DNA of 64,000 nt from a bacterium. Its GTDB lineage: Bacteria > Bacteroidota > Bacteroidia > NS11-12g > UBA9320. Shown here one piece after another: positions 20,141 through 31,117 of the stretch. The stretch lies in contig JAAEYY010000006.1 of NCBI GenBank assembly GCA_018223105.1, positions 72,806-136,805 on the forward strand. Direction: 5' to 3'. The translations under genes were made by a program, and so were the position numbers. The notes beneath the pieces are model-generated. The model did no database searches, had not been told where the DNA came from, and saw only the letters and a program-made list of their open reading frames with translations. Every line of letters begins with the position of its first letter. Within the stretch, counting starts at the first letter, position 1.

Positions 20141-20533
20141 ATGGAAGCGATAGCTAAATTAAATAACTGTCCGATGTCTCCGCGCAAAATGCGCCTGGTA
20201 GTTGATCAAATAAGAGGTCAGCGAGTAGAAGATGCATTGAATGTATTGAAATACAACCAGAAAAGAATGTACGCAGAGCATGTTGAGAAGCTTTTGAAAT
20301 CTGCAATTGCAAACTGGCAGCAGATTAACGATGAGCGAATCGATGAAGAAACCGGACTTATTGTGAAAGATGTATTTGTAAACCAGGGAAGAACACTTAA
20401 GAGAATCCAACCTGCACCGCAAGGACGTGCTCACAGAATTCGCAAAAGATCTAATCACATCACAATTGTGGTAGATACTCTGCAAGTGGCAGAAGAAGTA
20501 ACTGAAGTGGAAGAAATAAACGAAGAAGCATAA
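20141..20533 (+). CDS. rplV: 50S ribosomal protein uL22, with acidic C-terminal tail
   Basis: [22 protein letters not shown]. Tail [14 protein letters not shown]. Confidence 0.99.
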   Translation: MEAIAKLNNCPMSPRKMRLVVDQIRGQRVEDALNVLKYNQKRMYAEHVEKLLKSAIANWQQINDERIDEETGLIVKDVFVNQGRTLKRIQPAPQGRAHRIRKRSNHITIVVDTLQVAEEVTEVEEINEEA

Positions 20534-20536
20534 GAA

Positions 20537-21256
20537 ATGGGACAAAAAGTTAATCCAATAGGTTTACGACTTGGAATCATCCGAGGATGGGAAAGTAACT
20601 GGTTCGGAGGAAAAGAATTCGCTACTAAACTAGCTGAAGACAATAAAATCCGTAACTACCTAAGAGCTCGTATCCCAAGAGGGGGTATCTCAAAGATCGT
20701 GATCGAGCGTATGCTTAAGCGTATCATCATTACTGTTCATACTTCTCGTCCTGGTATCGTAATCGGTAAAGGTGGATCTGAAGTTGATAAACTAAAAGAA
20801 GAGGTTAAGAAATTGACGAAGAAAGATGTTCAAATCAACATCTTCGAAATCAAACGTCCTGAACTAGATGCTGTATTGGTAGGTCAATCTATTGCCAACC
20901 AAATCGAGGGTCGTATCTCTTATAAAAGAGCAATTAAAATGTCGATTGCTTCAACCATGAGAATGGGAGCACAGGGAATCAAGGTTATGGTTTCCGGCCG
21001 ATTGAATGGTGCAGAGATGGCTCGTACTGAGCAATTTAAAGATGGAAGAATTCCATTGCATACTTTCAGAGCTGATGTTGATTATGCATTAAGCGAAGCT
21101 CAAACCGTATACGGTAAGATCGGAGTGAAAGTATGGATATTTAAAGAAGAAGTTTACGGTAAACGCGATCTTTCCATTAACATGGGAATGGGCGAGCCAA
21201 AACAAAAGGATCGTAAAAGAGGTGGCGGTAGAGATCGTCATAGAGTAAGAAAATAA
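20537..21256 (+). CDS. rpsC: 30S ribosomal protein uS3
   Basis: [24 protein letters not shown]. Confidence 0.99.
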   Translation: MGQKVNPIGLRLGIIRGWESNWFGGKEFATKLAEDNKIRNYLRARIPRGGISKIVIERMLKRIIITVHTSRPGIVIGKGGSEVDKLKEEVKKLTKKDVQINIFEIKRPELDAVLVGQSIANQIEGRISYKRAIKMSIASTMRMGAQGIKVMVSGRLNGAEMARTEQFKDGRIPLHTFRADVDYALSEAQTVYGKIGVKVWIFKEEVYGKRDLSINMGMGEPKQKDRKRGGGRDRHRVRK

Positions 21257-21268
21257 TAGGCTTGAATT

Positions 21269-21688
21269 ATGTTATCTCCAAAAAGAGTAAAATATAGAAA
21301 AAGACAGAAAGGCCGGGTAAAAGGAGTTGCAGGCAGAGGTCATAGAATTGAATTCGGCGACTTCGGTTTGAAATCACTCGAGCCACACTGGATCACTTCT
21401 CGTCAGATTGAGGCAGCGCGTATTGCACTGAACCGTTACATGAAAAGAGAAGGTAAAGTTTGGATCCGCATATTCCCGGACAAACCTGTAACTAAGAAAC
21501 CTGCAGAGGTTCGTATGGGTAAGGGTAAAGGATCTCCTGAATATTGGGTAGCGGTAATTAAACCGGGAACCATCATGTTCGAGATCGACGGAGTGAGTGA
21601 AGAAGTAGCAAGAGAAGGAATGAGACTTGCAGCTCAGAAACTTCCTGTAACTACAAAATTTGTTGTTAGACCTGATTATAGTGAATAA
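21269..21688 (+). CDS. rplP: 50S ribosomal protein uL16
   Basis: [16 protein letters not shown]. Confidence 0.99.
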   Translation: MLSPKRVKYRKRQKGRVKGVAGRGHRIEFGDFGLKSLEPHWITSRQIEAARIALNRYMKREGKVWIRIFPDKPVTKKPAEVRMGKGKGSPEYWVAVIKPGTIMFEIDGVSEEVAREGMRLAAQKLPVTTKFVVRPDYSE

Positions 21689-21690
21689 AA

Positions 21691-21906
21691 ATGGAATACT
21701 CTGAATTAACAAGTATGACGGAAAAGGAGCTTCATCTTAATTTAAGAGATGAGAGAGCTCAATTGCAAAAGCTGAAATTCAGCCATGCGGTATCTCCGGT
21801 TGAGAACCCTCATAAATTGAGAGCTTCCAGAAAGCTGATCGCAAGGTACCTGACCGAAATAAACAGAAGAAGAATCGAAAATCAAAGCAACGATGGAGCG
21901 CAATAG
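21691..21906 (+). CDS. rpmC: 50S ribosomal protein uL29
   Basis: [14 protein letters not shown]...IARYLTE, and operon position. Overlaps rpsQ by 14 nt. Confidence 0.97.
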   Translation: MEYSELTSMTEKELHLNLRDERAQLQKLKFSHAVSPVENPHKLRASRKLIARYLTEINRRRIENQSNDGAQ

Positions 21907-22147
21907 TAGAAAAGCAATCATTGGAACGGTGTTCAGTAACAGAATGGATAAGACCATCACTGTTTCTGTAGAACGTAAAGTGAAACACCCTAAATATGGG
22001 AAGTTCGTAAAGGCAACTTCTAAATTTACTGCACACGACGAAAAGAACGAGTGCAATATCAATGATGTGGTTCGTATTATGGAAACACGTCCATTGAGCA
22101 AGAATAAACGATGGAGATTGGTTGAAATTTTAGAAAGAGCGAAATAA
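21893..22147 (+). CDS. rpsQ: 30S ribosomal protein uS17
   Basis: [24 protein letters not shown]. Confidence 0.99.
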   Translation: MERNSRKAIIGTVFSNRMDKTITVSVERKVKHPKYGKFVKATSKFTAHDEKNECNINDVVRIMETRPLSKNKRWRLVEILERAK

Positions 22148-22148
22148 G

Positions 22149-22517
22149 ATGATCCAGCAAGAATCTAGATTAAAGGTTGCAGATAACAGCGGTGCTAAGG
22201 AAGTACTTTGTATCCGTGTACTCGGTGGTACTCGCAGAAGATACGCAAGCGTAGGAGATCGTATCGTAGTAACCGTGAAGGAAGCATTACCTGCAGGAAA
22301 CATGAAAAAAGGAGCTGTTTCTACCGCGGTAATCGTTAGAACCAAGAAAGAATATAGAAGACCGGATGGTTCATACATCCGCTTCGACGATAACTCATGT
22401 GTATTACTCAACGCTCAAAACGAGCCGAGAGCAACCCGTATCTTCGGACCGGTAGCACGTGAGCTGAGAGATAAGAAATTTATGAAGATTGTTTCATTAG
22501 CTCCAGAAGTATTATAA
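22149..22517 (+). CDS. rplN: 50S ribosomal protein uL14
   Basis: [18 protein letters not shown]. Confidence 0.99.
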   Translation: MIQQESRLKVADNSGAKEVLCIRVLGGTRRRYASVGDRIVVTVKEALPAGNMKKGAVSTAVIVRTKKEYRRPDGSYIRFDDNSCVLLNAQNEPRATRIFGPVARELRDKKFMKIVSLAPEVL

Positions 22518-22518
22518 G

Positions 22519-22857
22519 ATGAACAGGAAATTTAACAAAATACCAAAGTTACACGTTCGCAAAGGCGATACAGTTAAAGTACTTTCCGGTGAAGACAAAA
22601 ACAAAACCGGTGAAGTTAAACTAGTAAACCTTCAAGAAGGGACTGCTATCGTTGATGGTGTAAATATGGTGACTAAACACCGCAAGCCGGATGCTGACAA
22701 TCCTAACGGATCTATCGTGAAGTTAGAAGCACCAATCAGAGTGAGCAAGCTTCAGGTTATGGTGAACGGAGAACCTACCAGAGTGGGTAGAAAAAGAAAC
22801 GAACAAGGAAAACTTCAAAGGTATTCGAAGAAGACCGGAGATTTTATAAAGAATTAA
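22519..22857 (+). CDS. rplX: 50S ribosomal protein uL24
   Basis: KOW motif [17 protein letters not shown]. Short basic N-terminal extension. Confidence 0.99.
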   Translation: MNRKFNKIPKLHVRKGDTVKVLSGEDKNKTGEVKLVNLQEGTAIVDGVNMVTKHRKPDADNPNGSIVKLEAPIRVSKLQVMVNGEPTRVGRKRNEQGKLQRYSKKTGDFIKN

Positions 22858-22858
22858 A

Positions 22859-23404
22859 ATGAAACCGAGACTTAGAGCACAATACGAGCAAGAAATTGCG
22901 AACACGCTTAAGGAAAAGCATTCATACAAGAATGTGATGGAAATTCCTAAGCTAACTAAGATCTGTTTAAACCAGGGAATAGGTGCTGCTGTTGCAGACA
23001 AGAAACTTGTTGATACTGCGGTTGAAGAAATGTCGATCATCGCGGGTCAAAGAGCAGTTCCTACTTACTCTAAAAAGGCAATCTCTAACTTTAAGTTGAG
23101 AGAAGAAATGCCAATTGGTTGTAAAGTTACCCTAAGAGGAGACAAAATGTATGAGTTCCTCGATAGATTGGTGAACGTTGCACTTCCAAGGGTAAGAGAT
23201 TTCCGCGGAATTAGTGATAAAGGTTTCGATGGAAGAGGAAACTACACCGTGGGTGTACCTGAGCAAATCATTTTCCCTGAAATTGATATTGACAAGGTTT
23301 CCAGAATGAACGGAATGGATATCACTTTTGTGACTACTGCTAAGACGGATGTTGAGTGTCACAGTTTATTAAAAGAATTAGGACTCCCATTTAAAAAGAA
23401 TTAA
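22859..23404 (+). CDS. rplE: 50S ribosomal protein uL5
   Basis: [24 protein letters not shown]. Confidence 0.99.
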   Translation: MKPRLRAQYEQEIANTLKEKHSYKNVMEIPKLTKICLNQGIGAAVADKKLVDTAVEEMSIIAGQRAVPTYSKKAISNFKLREEMPIGCKVTLRGDKMYEFLDRLVNVALPRVRDFRGISDKGFDGRGNYTVGVPEQIIFPEIDIDKVSRMNGMDITFVTTAKTDVECHSLLKELGLPFKKN

Positions 23405-23409
23405 GGAAT

Positions 23410-23679
23410 ATGGCTAAAGAATCAATGAAAGCGCGCCAGCGCAAACGTGAACACATGGTAAAGACCTACGCTGCTAAGAGAGCTGCGTTAAAGGAGGCCG
23501 GTGATTTCGAAGGACTTCAAAAGTTGCCTAGAAATGCATCACCTACTCGTCTGAGAAACAGATGTTCTTCTACTGGAAGACCTCGTGGTTATATCAGACA
23601 ATTTGGGGTTTGCCGTAACGTGTTCAGAGAAATGGCTTCTCAAGGTCTTATTCCAGGAGTAACAAAAGCAAGTTGGTAA
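23410..23679 (+). CDS. rpsN: 30S ribosomal protein uS14 (89 aa, C-minus type)
   Basis: [21 protein letters not shown]. Only 2 Cys. Confidence 0.99.
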   Translation: MAKESMKARQRKREHMVKTYAAKRAALKEAGDFEGLQKLPRNASPTRLRNRCSSTGRPRGYIRQFGVCRNVFREMASQGLIPGVTKASW

Positions 23680-23683
23680 GAAG

Positions 23684-24091
23684 ATGAGTAAAATTACAGA
23701 TCCAATAGCAGATTATTTGACTCGTATCCGCAACGGTATTAAAGCAAATCACCGTATCGTGGATATCCCTGCGTCAAACCTTAAAAAAGCAATCACTGAA
23801 GTGTTGTTTGAAAAAGGATACATCCTCAACTATAAGTTTGATGATGCTGCAGGTCCACAAGGAACGATTAAAATCGCATTGAAATATCACCCGGTAACTA
23901 AGCTTAGCGCAATCCGGGAATTGAGAAGAGTAAGTAAACCAGGCCTGCGTCAGTATAAAGGAAACTCTGAGCTTCCAAGAGTATTGAACGGTCTTGGTAT
24001 CGCTATCATCTCTACTTCTAAAGGTGTAATGACCGATAAAGAAGCGAGAAAAGAGAATGTTGGCGGTGAAGTATTGTGTTACGTTTCATAA
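23684..24091 (+). CDS. rpsH: 30S ribosomal protein uS8
   Basis: [24 protein letters not shown]. Confidence 0.99.
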   Translation: MSKITDPIADYLTRIRNGIKANHRIVDIPASNLKKAITEVLFEKGYILNYKFDDAAGPQGTIKIALKYHPVTKLSAIRELRRVSKPGLRQYKGNSELPRVLNGLGIAIISTSKGVMTDKEARKENVGGEVLCYVS

Positions 24092-24100
24092 AAGAGAAAG

Positions 24101-24652
24101 ATGTCACGGATAGGAAATAACCCAATAAAATTACCTCAAGGAGTTGAGGTGAAGTTAGACAATCAACTAATTACCGTAAAAGGTCCTAAAGGTGAATTGC
24201 ACCAGGAACTAAAAGAAGGTATTAGCCTAAACATCGAAGATGGTCAGGTTGTCTTAAATAGAGCTTCAGATTCTAAGGAGCACAGAACTATGCACGGTTT
24301 ATGTCGTTCACTTGTGAACAACATGATCACCGGTGTAAGTGAAGGCTTCAAAACAGTACAGGAGCTTGTAGGTGTTGGATATAGAGCAAATGTTCAAGGT
24401 CAGGTATTAGAACTAAACCTAGGATATTCACACTCTATCTTTATGAAGGTTCCGGATGAAGTTAAAGTATCTGCGGAAGCTGAAAAAGGTAAAGCACCTA
24501 AGGTAATTTTAGAGAGTTTTGATAAACAATTAGTGGGCCAAGTTGCAGCTAAAATCAGATCTCTAAGACCACCTGAGCCTTACAAAGGAAAAGGTATCAA
24601 GTTTGAAGGAGAACAATTAAGAAGAAAAGCAGGTAAAACTGCAGCTAAATAA
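24101..24652 (+). CDS. rplF: 50S ribosomal protein uL6
   Basis: [20 protein letters not shown]. Confidence 0.99.
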   Translation: MSRIGNNPIKLPQGVEVKLDNQLITVKGPKGELHQELKEGISLNIEDGQVVLNRASDSKEHRTMHGLCRSLVNNMITGVSEGFKTVQELVGVGYRANVQGQVLELNLGYSHSIFMKVPDEVKVSAEAEKGKAPKVILESFDKQLVGQVAAKIRSLRPPEPYKGKGIKFEGEQLRRKAGKTAAK

Positions 24653-24660
24653 TCATAGTC

Positions 24661-25005
24661 ATGATCGCTAGCAAGACAAGAAGAAGAAATAAGATCAAAC
24701 AAAGGGTAAGAAAGAGAGTATTCGGTACTTCAGAAACCCCTAGATTGTCAGTGTTCAGAAGTAACAAGGCAATCTATGCTCAGATCATCGATGATACTAA
24801 AGGAGTTACTCTTTTAGCAGCTTCATCGCAAGGAATGGATAAAGGAACCAAAGTTGAAATGGCTGCTCAGGTTGGAAAAGCAATTGCTGAAAAGGCAAAA
24901 GCTAACGGAATTGAGCAAGTTGTTTTCGATAGAAATGGTTACTTATACCACGGTAGAGTTCAAAGCCTTGCAGAAGGTGCACGTGAAGGAGGTTTAAAAT
25001 TTTAA
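24661..25005 (+). CDS. rplR: 50S ribosomal protein uL18
   Basis: [20 protein letters not shown]. Confidence 0.99.
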   Translation: MIASKTRRRNKIKQRVRKRVFGTSETPRLSVFRSNKAIYAQIIDDTKGVTLLAASSQGMDKGTKVEMAAQVGKAIAEKAKANGIEQVVFDRNGYLYHGRVQSLAEGAREGGLKF

Positions 25006-25008
25006 GAT

Positions 25009-25527
25009 ATGGCAACGCAAACATTAAAAAGAATAAAAACTACAGATCTCGAACTTAAAGAGACTGTTGTAAACATCAACCGAGTAGCAAAAGTTACAAA
25101 AGGGGGTAGAACCTTTAGCTTTAACGCTATTGTAGTTGTTGGTGATGGTAATGGAATTGTGGGTCATGGATTAGGTAAAGCCGGAGAAGTGATCGATTCA
25201 ATCCAAAAAGGAATTGAAGATGCTAAAAAGAACTTGATTAAAGTTCCAATCATCAATAACACTATTCCTCACGAGCAGTACGGTAAGTACTCAGGAGGTA
25301 AAGTGTTTATGAAGCCTGCTGCAAACGGTACCGGTGTAATTGCCGGTGGTGCGATGCGTGCTGTATTCGAGAGTGCAGGTATTCACGATGTATTAGCAAA
25401 ATCAAAAGGATCATCAAACCCTCACAACGTGGTAAAAGCAACAATCGACGCTCTTTCTAAATTAAGAGATCCTTATACTGTTGCTGAACAAAGAGGAACT
25501 TCATTGTCTAAAGTTTTTAACGGATAA
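25009..25527 (+). CDS. rpsE: 30S ribosomal protein uS5
   Basis: [18 protein letters not shown]. Confidence 0.99.
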   Translation: MATQTLKRIKTTDLELKETVVNINRVAKVTKGGRTFSFNAIVVVGDGNGIVGHGLGKAGEVIDSIQKGIEDAKKNLIKVPIINNTIPHEQYGKYSGGKVFMKPAANGTGVIAGGAMRAVFESAGIHDVLAKSKGSSNPHNVVKATIDALSKLRDPYTVAEQRGTSLSKVFNG

Positions 25528-25531
25528 GAAG

Positions 25532-25711
25532 ATGGCGAAATTGAAAATTACTCAAATTAAAAGTGCGATTAAAAGACCTGAGTCTCAGAAGCGTACTTTG
25601 GTGGCTTTAGGCCTCAATAAGATCAATCGCAGTAAAGAGGTTGAAGAATCTCCTGCTGTGATGGGAATGATAAAGAAAGTTGAACACTTGTTAAAAGTAG
25701 AAAAAGCATAA
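25532..25711 (+). CDS. rpmD: 50S ribosomal protein uL30
   Basis: MAKLKITQIKSAIKR...ALGL. True start is ATG 25532; the ORF track over-extends it. Confidence 0.97.
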   Translation: MAKLKITQIKSAIKRPESQKRTLVALGLNKINRSKEVEESPAVMGMIKKVEHLLKVEKA

Positions 25712-25712
25712 G

Positions 25713-26162
25713 ATGGACTTAAGTAGTTTAAAACCTGCAGAAGGCGCTGTTATTAAGAAAGGTAAACGCGTAGGACGTGGTCAGGGATCAGGAAAAGGCG
25801 GAACCGCCACTCGTGGTCATAAAGGAGCACAGTCTAGAAGCGGATACTCCAAGAAGCTTGGATTCGAAGGAGGTCAAATGCCATTGCAGCGACGCGTACC
25901 AAAATTTGGTTTTAAAAACCCAAATAGAGTAGAGTACGTAGGTATAAACCTGGATCGTTTGCAGGAATTTGCAGATAAATACAAATTGAGCGAAGTAACC
26001 GCTGAAGATTTAGCAGCTAAGAAAATGGTGAAAAAATCTGATGTAGTTAAAATCCTTGGAAGAGGTGAGCTTAAATCTAAACTGAACGTAAAAGTTCACG
26101 CATTTACGAACGCGGCTAAAGAGGCTATTGAGAAAGCAGGTGGTTCGGTAGAAACGATCTAG
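25713..26162 (+). CDS. rplO: 50S ribosomal protein uL15
   Basis: RVGRGQGSG, GFEGGQMPL.RR.PKFGF. Confidence 0.99.
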   Translation: MDLSSLKPAEGAVIKKGKRVGRGQGSGKGGTATRGHKGAQSRSGYSKKLGFEGGQMPLQRRVPKFGFKNPNRVEYVGINLDRLQEFADKYKLSEVTAEDLAAKKMVKKSDVVKILGRGELKSKLNVKVHAFTNAAKEAIEKAGGSVETI

Positions 26163-26163
26163 T

Positions 26164-27522
26164 ATGAAGAAATTTATCAGTACATTAAGAAATATTTTCT
26201 CTATTGAGGAGCTCAAGACCAGAATATTAAATCTGGGTCTTTTGCTTTTGGTATACAGACTCGGAACTTTTATTGTTCTTCCGGGAGTGGATCCTAACGT
26301 TCTGGCAGACATTAATGCCGGAAATGAGTTAGGTGGACTTCTTGGTTTGATCAATACCTTCTCAGGAGGTGCTTTCGAGCGAGGCTCAGTGTTCGCACTG
26401 GGTATTATGCCCTATATCTCAGCATCGATTGTAATTCAGCTTCTAACCATTGCGGTTCCTAGCTTCCAAAAGATGCAAAAAGAAGGAGAAGACGGTAGAA
26501 GAAAATTAAACTTAATTACTCGATATCTAACTATTGCTATTACCGCAGTTCAAGGTTTTGCTTACTTAGTAAACCTTAAAAGTGAAAAAGCTGCCGCTAT
26601 AATTAGTGTTACTGATCCTACCGTAATGGGAGATGCAACATTTATGATTACCGGTGTACTTGTGCTTGTTGCAGGTACTATGTTCACAATGTGGTTAGGA
26701 GAAAGAATTACAGATCGTGGTATTGGTAACGGTATATCTATCATCATCATGGTGGGTATTATCGCGAGATTACCACTTGCATTACTTGCCGAGATTCAAT
26801 CAACTTTTGAATCTTCTTCAGTAATTCTTTTGATCATCGAATTTATCATCTGGATATTGGTAATCCTGGCAGTAATTGCCCTGGTTCAAGCAACCAGAAG
26901 GATTCCGGTTCAGTATGCGAAACGAATTGTTGGAAACCGTCAGTACGGCGGAGTAAGACAGTACTTACCATTAAAAGTAAACGCGGCTGGTGTAATGCCG
27001 ATCATCTTTGCTCAAGCTTTGATGTTCTTACCTGCCAGCGCAACTCAGCTTGAGTTCTTGCAAGATTCATCCGTTTTGATGTCGCTTGCAGATCCTTATA
27101 GCTGGACCTATAACATCATCTTCTTTATTATGATTGTGTTGTTCACGTATTTCTATACTGCAATTACAATCAACCCAAATCAAATCGCAGACGATTTGAA
27201 AAGAAATGGTGGATTTATTCCCGGAGTTAAACCCGGAAAGAAAACAGCAAACTTTATCGGATCGGTAATGTCTAGAATTACTTTACCGGGATCTATATTC
27301 CTAGGTTTTGTAGCAATATTTCCGGTGTTCGCAATAATGTTTAATGTGAACGATCAGTTTGCACAGTTTTACGGAGGAACATCATTATTAATTATGGTGG
27401 GAGTGGTATTGGACACTTTACAGCAAGTGGAGCAATACTTGATGATGAGACATTATGACGGCTTAATGAAGACCGGTAGAATAAAGGGAAGAACATCGGT
27501 TGGAGGAGCTGTAACAGGATAA
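26164..27522 (+). CDS. secY: Preprotein translocase subunit SecY
   Basis: LGIMPYISASI, GIGNGIS, AGVMPIIFA, FIPGVKPG, GGTSLLI. Confidence 0.99.
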   Translation: MKKFISTLRNIFSIEELKTRILNLGLLLLVYRLGTFIVLPGVDPNVLADINAGNELGGLLGLINTFSGGAFERGSVFALGIMPYISASIVIQLLTIAVPSFQKMQKEGEDGRRKLNLITRYLTIAITAVQGFAYLVNLKSEKAAAIISVTDPTVMGDATFMITGVLVLVAGTMFTMWLGERITDRGIGNGISIIIMVGIIARLPLALLAEIQSTFESSSVILLIIEFIIWILVILAVIALVQATRRIPVQYAKRIVGNRQYGGVRQYLPLKVNAAGVMPIIFAQALMFLPASATQLEFLQDSSVLMSLADPYSWTYNIIFFIMIVLFTYFYTAITINPNQIADDLKRNGGFIPGVKPGKKTANFIGSVMSRITLPGSIFLGFVAIFPVFAIMFNVNDQFAQFYGGTSLLIMVGVVLDTLQQVEQYLMMRHYDGLMKTGRIKGRTSVGGAVTG

Positions 27523-27523
27523 G

Positions 27524-27554
27524 TTTGATAAGAAGAAAAATAAAGTTAATTTTG
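27524..27554 (+). promoter_or_regulatory. Internal sigma-A promoter for infA and the alpha operon
   Basis: TTTG at 27524-27527, a 19 nt spacer, and TAATTTTG at 27547-27554: a full Bacteroidota consensus. Confidence 0.8.
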
Positions 27555-27567
27555 CACCCCTTTTAAA

Positions 27568-27786
27568 ATGGCGAAACAACAATCAATAAAGCAAGATGGA
27601 GTGATCACCGAAGCACTTTCGAACGCAATGTTCAGAGTGAAGTTGGAGAATGATCATGAGATTATTGCAACGATTTCCGGTAAGATGCGTATGTATTATA
27701 TCCGGATTTTGCCAGGTGACAAAGTACAGGTGGAGATGTCTCCATATGATTTGTCTAGAGGGAGAATAACTTATAGATATAAATAA
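27568..27786 (+). CDS. infA: Translation initiation factor IF-1
   Basis: [16 protein letters not shown]...SPYDL.RGRI. Confidence 0.99.
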   Translation: MAKQQSIKQDGVITEALSNAMFRVKLENDHEIIATISGKMRMYYIRILPGDKVQVEMSPYDLSRGRITYRYK

Positions 27787-27818
27787 GCGTCCTTGGGACA
27801 AACCAATATATTAAACAC

Positions 27819-27935
27819 ATGAAAGTTAGAGCATCTGTTAAGAAGAGAAGCGCCGATTGTAAAATCGTGAAGAGAAAAGGACGTGTTTACGTCATTAACA
27901 AGAAGAATCCAAAATTTAAACAAAGACAAGGATAA
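27819..27935 (+). CDS. rpmJ: 50S ribosomal protein bL36 (zinc-free, type B)
   Basis: Not in the ORF track. Translates [38 protein letters not shown]. Confidence 0.97.
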   Translation: MKVRASVKKRSADCKIVKRKGRVYVINKKNPKFKQRQG

Positions 27936-27938
27936 GAA

Positions 27939-28316
27939 ATGGCACGAATTGCTGGTATAGATTTACCTAGAAACAAACGTGGAGTCATCGGATTGACTTA
28001 CATCCACGGAATTGGCTCGAGCAGAGCTGCGTTCATTCTCGATCAGGCGAAAGTTGATCAGAATAAGAAAGTGGAAGATTGGACCGATACCGACATTGCC
28101 GGTATTCGTCAGGTTATTGGAAATGAGTTCAAGGTAGAAGGTGAATTGCGCTCTGAGGTTCAGATGAACATTAAGCGTTTGATGGATATTGGTTGTTACC
28201 GTGGACTAAGACATAGAAAAGGTCTTCCGTTAAGAGGACAACGTACGAAAAACAATGCTCGTACCAGAAAAGGTAAGAAGAAAACTATTGCTGGTAAGAA
28301 GAAGGCACCTAAATAA
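27939..28316 (+). CDS. rpsM: 30S ribosomal protein uS13
   Basis: [26 protein letters not shown]. Confidence 0.99.
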   Translation: MARIAGIDLPRNKRGVIGLTYIHGIGSSRAAFILDQAKVDQNKKVEDWTDTDIAGIRQVIGNEFKVEGELRSEVQMNIKRLMDIGCYRGLRHRKGLPLRGQRTKNNARTRKGKKKTIAGKKKAPK

Positions 28317-28326
28317 TCCCTGATCG

Positions 28327-28716
28327 ATGGCAACAACAAAGAAAAACACGAAGAAAAGAAAGGTTAATGTTGAAGCAAATGGTTTTGCTTATATCAAATC
28401 AACATTTAACAATATAATCATTTCAATTACCAATGCACAAGGACAGGTTATTTCCTGGAGTAGTGCAGGTAAGATGGGATTCAGAGGTTCTAAGAAGAAC
28501 ACTCCGTATGCAGCGCAAGTTGCAGCTTCGGAATGTGCTAAAGTAGCCTTGGATGCCGGATTGAGAAAAGTTGAAGTAATGGTAAAAGGACCCGGTGCCG
28601 GTAGAGAATCTGCGATTCGTACCCTTAACCAAGCAGGTCTTGAAGTTTCCGCTATTCGCGATGTTACTCCATTACCTCACAACGGATGTAGACCACCAAA
28701 AAGAAGAAGAGTATAA
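28327..28716 (+). CDS. rpsK: 30S ribosomal protein uS11
   Basis: [25 protein letters not shown]. Confidence 0.99.
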   Translation: MATTKKNTKKRKVNVEANGFAYIKSTFNNIIISITNAQGQVISWSSAGKMGFRGSKKNTPYAAQVAASECAKVALDAGLRKVEVMVKGPGAGRESAIRTLNQAGLEVSAIRDVTPLPHNGCRPPKRRRV

Positions 28717-28727
28717 AGAATTAGGAA

Positions 28728-29330
28728 ATGGCAAGATACAGAGGACCCAAAGCGAAAATTGCACGACGGTTTAGAGAGCCTATTTTCGGCCCTTCAAAGG
28801 CGCTTGAGAAAAAGAATTACCCTCCGGGAATGCATGGCAATTCTCGTAGAAGAGGTAAAAAATCTGAGTATGCTATTCAGTTGGCTGAGAAGCAAAAAGC
28901 AAAATACACTTACGGTGTATTAGAAAAGCAATTTGCCCTTACCTTCGATAAAGCTGCTAGAAAGAAAGGAATTACAGGTGAAAACCTTTTGAAATTCCTA
29001 GAATCTCGTTTAGATAATACCGTGTTTCGTCTAGGAATCGCTCCTACTCGAAGAGCTGCTCGTCAGTTGGTATCACACAAACACATTAAAGTAAATGGTG
29101 TTTTAACCAACATTCCTTCTTACTCACTTAGACCAGGTGATAAAATTGAAGTGCGTGAGCGTTCAAAATCACTTGAGCTTATCAGCGATGCTTTGACCGG
29201 AAGAAAACAATTTTCATGGTTAGAGTGGGACAATGGATCTTATACAGGTACATTCCTGAACTATCCTGAAAGAGAAGAGATTCCTGAAAACATTAAGGAA
29301 CAATTGATCGTAGAACTTTATTCTAAATAA
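28728..29330 (+). CDS. rpsD: 30S ribosomal protein uS4
   Basis: MARYRGP, LESRLDN, ARQLVSH, IVELYSK. Confidence 0.99.
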   Translation: MARYRGPKAKIARRFREPIFGPSKALEKKNYPPGMHGNSRRRGKKSEYAIQLAEKQKAKYTYGVLEKQFALTFDKAARKKGITGENLLKFLESRLDNTVFRLGIAPTRRAARQLVSHKHIKVNGVLTNIPSYSLRPGDKIEVRERSKSLELISDALTGRKQFSWLEWDNGSYTGTFLNYPEREEIPENIKEQLIVELYSK

Positions 29331-29336
29331 TAAAAT

Positions 29337-30329
29337 ATGCCAATATTAGATTTTCAACAGCCTGACAAGGTAATCATGCATAAAGAAACAGACAACTACG
29401 GTCTGTTTGAATTTAGCCCACTTGAAAAAGGTTACGGTGTAACTGTGGGTAATGCCATGAGAAGAATCTTGCTATCTTCTTTGGAAGGATGGGCAATTAC
29501 TTCTATCCGAATTCCGGGAGTTGACCACGAATTCGCAACTATCAAAGGCGTATTGGAAGATGTAACAGAGATTGTGCTTAACATGAAGCAAGTTCGATTC
29601 AAGAAATTGATCGACTCGAATGAAAGCGAAAAAATCTTTGTAAGCCTAAAAGGAAAAGAGCAATTCACTGCAGGTGAAATTGCACGTTATACAAATGCAT
29701 TCGAAATCCTTAACCCGGATTTCGTAATCTGCTCAATGGAACCATATGTAAACCTTGAAGTTGAACTTACAGTTGAAAAAGGTAGAGGTTATGTTCCTGC
29801 GGAAGACAATGAGCAAGAAAATGCTCCTATCGGAGAAATTGCTATTGACTCTATCTTCACACCTATAAAGAACGTTACTTATAAGGTAGAAGATTTCCGT
29901 GTTGAGCAAAGAACTGACTTTGAAAAATTAATCTTCGAAGTAAAAACTGACGGGTCTATTCACCCGGAAGAAGCTTTGAAAGAAGCTGCGAAGATTATGA
30001 TTCGTCACCTTGTATTATTCTCAGACGAGAGTATCCTTCTAGATACTCAAGTTCAGTCTCAGAAGAACGAGGTTGATGAAAATATGCTTCACATGAGAAA
30101 GATCTTGAAAACTCCACTTTCTGATCTAGACCTTTCTGTTCGTGCTTACAATTGCTTGAAAGCTGCGGAAATCAGAACTCTAGGTGAACTAGTGAGCTAC
30201 CAGATCGAAGATCTATTGAAGTTTAGAAACTTTGGTAAGAAATCACTTACTGAATTAGAAGATTTTGTAAAAGAAAAAGGATTGAACTTCGGAATGGATA
30301 TTTCTAAGTACAACCTTGACGACGAATAA
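29337..30329 (+). CDS. rpoA: RNA polymerase alpha subunit
   Basis: [38 protein letters not shown]. Confidence 0.99.
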   Translation: MPILDFQQPDKVIMHKETDNYGLFEFSPLEKGYGVTVGNAMRRILLSSLEGWAITSIRIPGVDHEFATIKGVLEDVTEIVLNMKQVRFKKLIDSNESEKIFVSLKGKEQFTAGEIARYTNAFEILNPDFVICSMEPYVNLEVELTVEKGRGYVPAEDNEQENAPIGEIAIDSIFTPIKNVTYKVEDFRVEQRTDFEKLIFEVKTDGSIHPEEALKEAAKIMIRHLVLFSDESILLDTQVQSQKNEVDENMLHMRKILKTPLSDLDLSVRAYNCLKAAEIRTLGELVSYQIEDLLKFRNFGKKSLTELEDFVKEKGLNFGMDISKYNLDDE

Positions 30330-30334
30330 GAATC

Positions 30335-31063
30335 ATGAGGCACGGAAAGAAATTTAATCACTTAGGACGCAAGAAAGGGCATAGAGATGCTATGCTTAGC
30401 AATATGGCAAGCAGCTTAATCTTGCACAAGCGTATCTTTACTACCACTGCTAAAGCAAAAGCGTTGAGAGTATACGTAGAACCTTTGATCACCAGATCAA
30501 AAGATAATACAACTCACTCTAGACGTGTGGTATTTAGCTACCTTCAAGATAAAGATGCAGTAAATGAACTTTATACCACTGTTGGTCCTAAAGTAGCTGA
30601 TCGTCCCGGAGGATATACCAGAATCCTAAAAACACACAATCGTTTGGGAGATAACGCAGACATGTGTATGATGGAGTTGGTTGATTTTAACGAACTTATG
30701 CTAGAAGCTCAAGAGAAATCTACAGCAAAGAGCGGTTCTAAACGTACACGTAGAGGTGGCAAGAAATCAACAGGTACATCTACTCCTAAAGCAGCAGCAG
30801 AGAAAGTAGCTAAGAAAGCAGAGGAAGTAGCCGAAGAGGTTAAAGATACTGCCGAAGAAGTTGTTGAAACTGCAGCTGAAAAAGTAGAAGAAGTAGCAGA
30901 AAATGTTGCCGAAACTACAGAAGACGTTGTTGAAGAAGTGAAAAATACGGCAGAAGAAGCAGTAGAAGCTGTGGAAGATGCGGTTGAAGATGCTACTGAT
31001 TCTAACGACGATTCATCAGATGATTCTTCTGAAGAAGATTCAGACGAGAAAAAAGACAAATAG
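30335..31063 (+). CDS. rplQ: 50S ribosomal protein bL17 with long acidic repetitive C-terminal extension
   Basis: [27 protein letters not shown]. About 120 extra residues follow the domain. Confidence 0.98.
   Translation: MRHGKKFNHLGRKKGHRDAMLSNMASSLILHKRIFTTTAKAKALRVYVEPLITRSKDNTTHSRRVVFSYLQDKDAVNELYTTVGPKVADRPGGYTRILKTHNRLGDNADMCMMELVDFNELMLEAQEKSTAKSGSKRTRRGGKKSTGTSTPKAAAEKVAKKAEEVAEEVKDTAEEVVETAAEKVEEVAENVAETTEDVVEEVKNTAEEAVEAVEDAVEDATDSNDDSSDDSSEEDSDEKKDK
30818..30982 (+). repeat. Five degenerate 33-nt (11-aa) tandem repeats in the bL17 tail
   Basis: [11 protein letters not shown] / [11 protein letters not shown] / [11 protein letters not shown] / [11 protein letters not shown] / [11 protein letters not shown]. 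Confidence 0.7.
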
Positions 31064-31084
31064 TAAAACAGAAATTAAATACAG

Positions 31085-31115
31085 AAAGTCTCGCTTTACG
31101 GCGGGACTTTTTTTT
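31085..31115 (+). terminator. Intrinsic terminator of the ribosomal superoperon (probably bidirectional)
   Basis: AAAGTCTCGC-TTTACG-GCGGGACTTT followed by a T-run. Confidence 0.88.
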
Positions 31116-31117
31116 GC

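Noticed and set aside
30709-31059. Ser/Thr-rich antisense ORF
   Set aside because: It is a mirror of the GAA/GCA-rich bL17 tail and has no independent coding signal.
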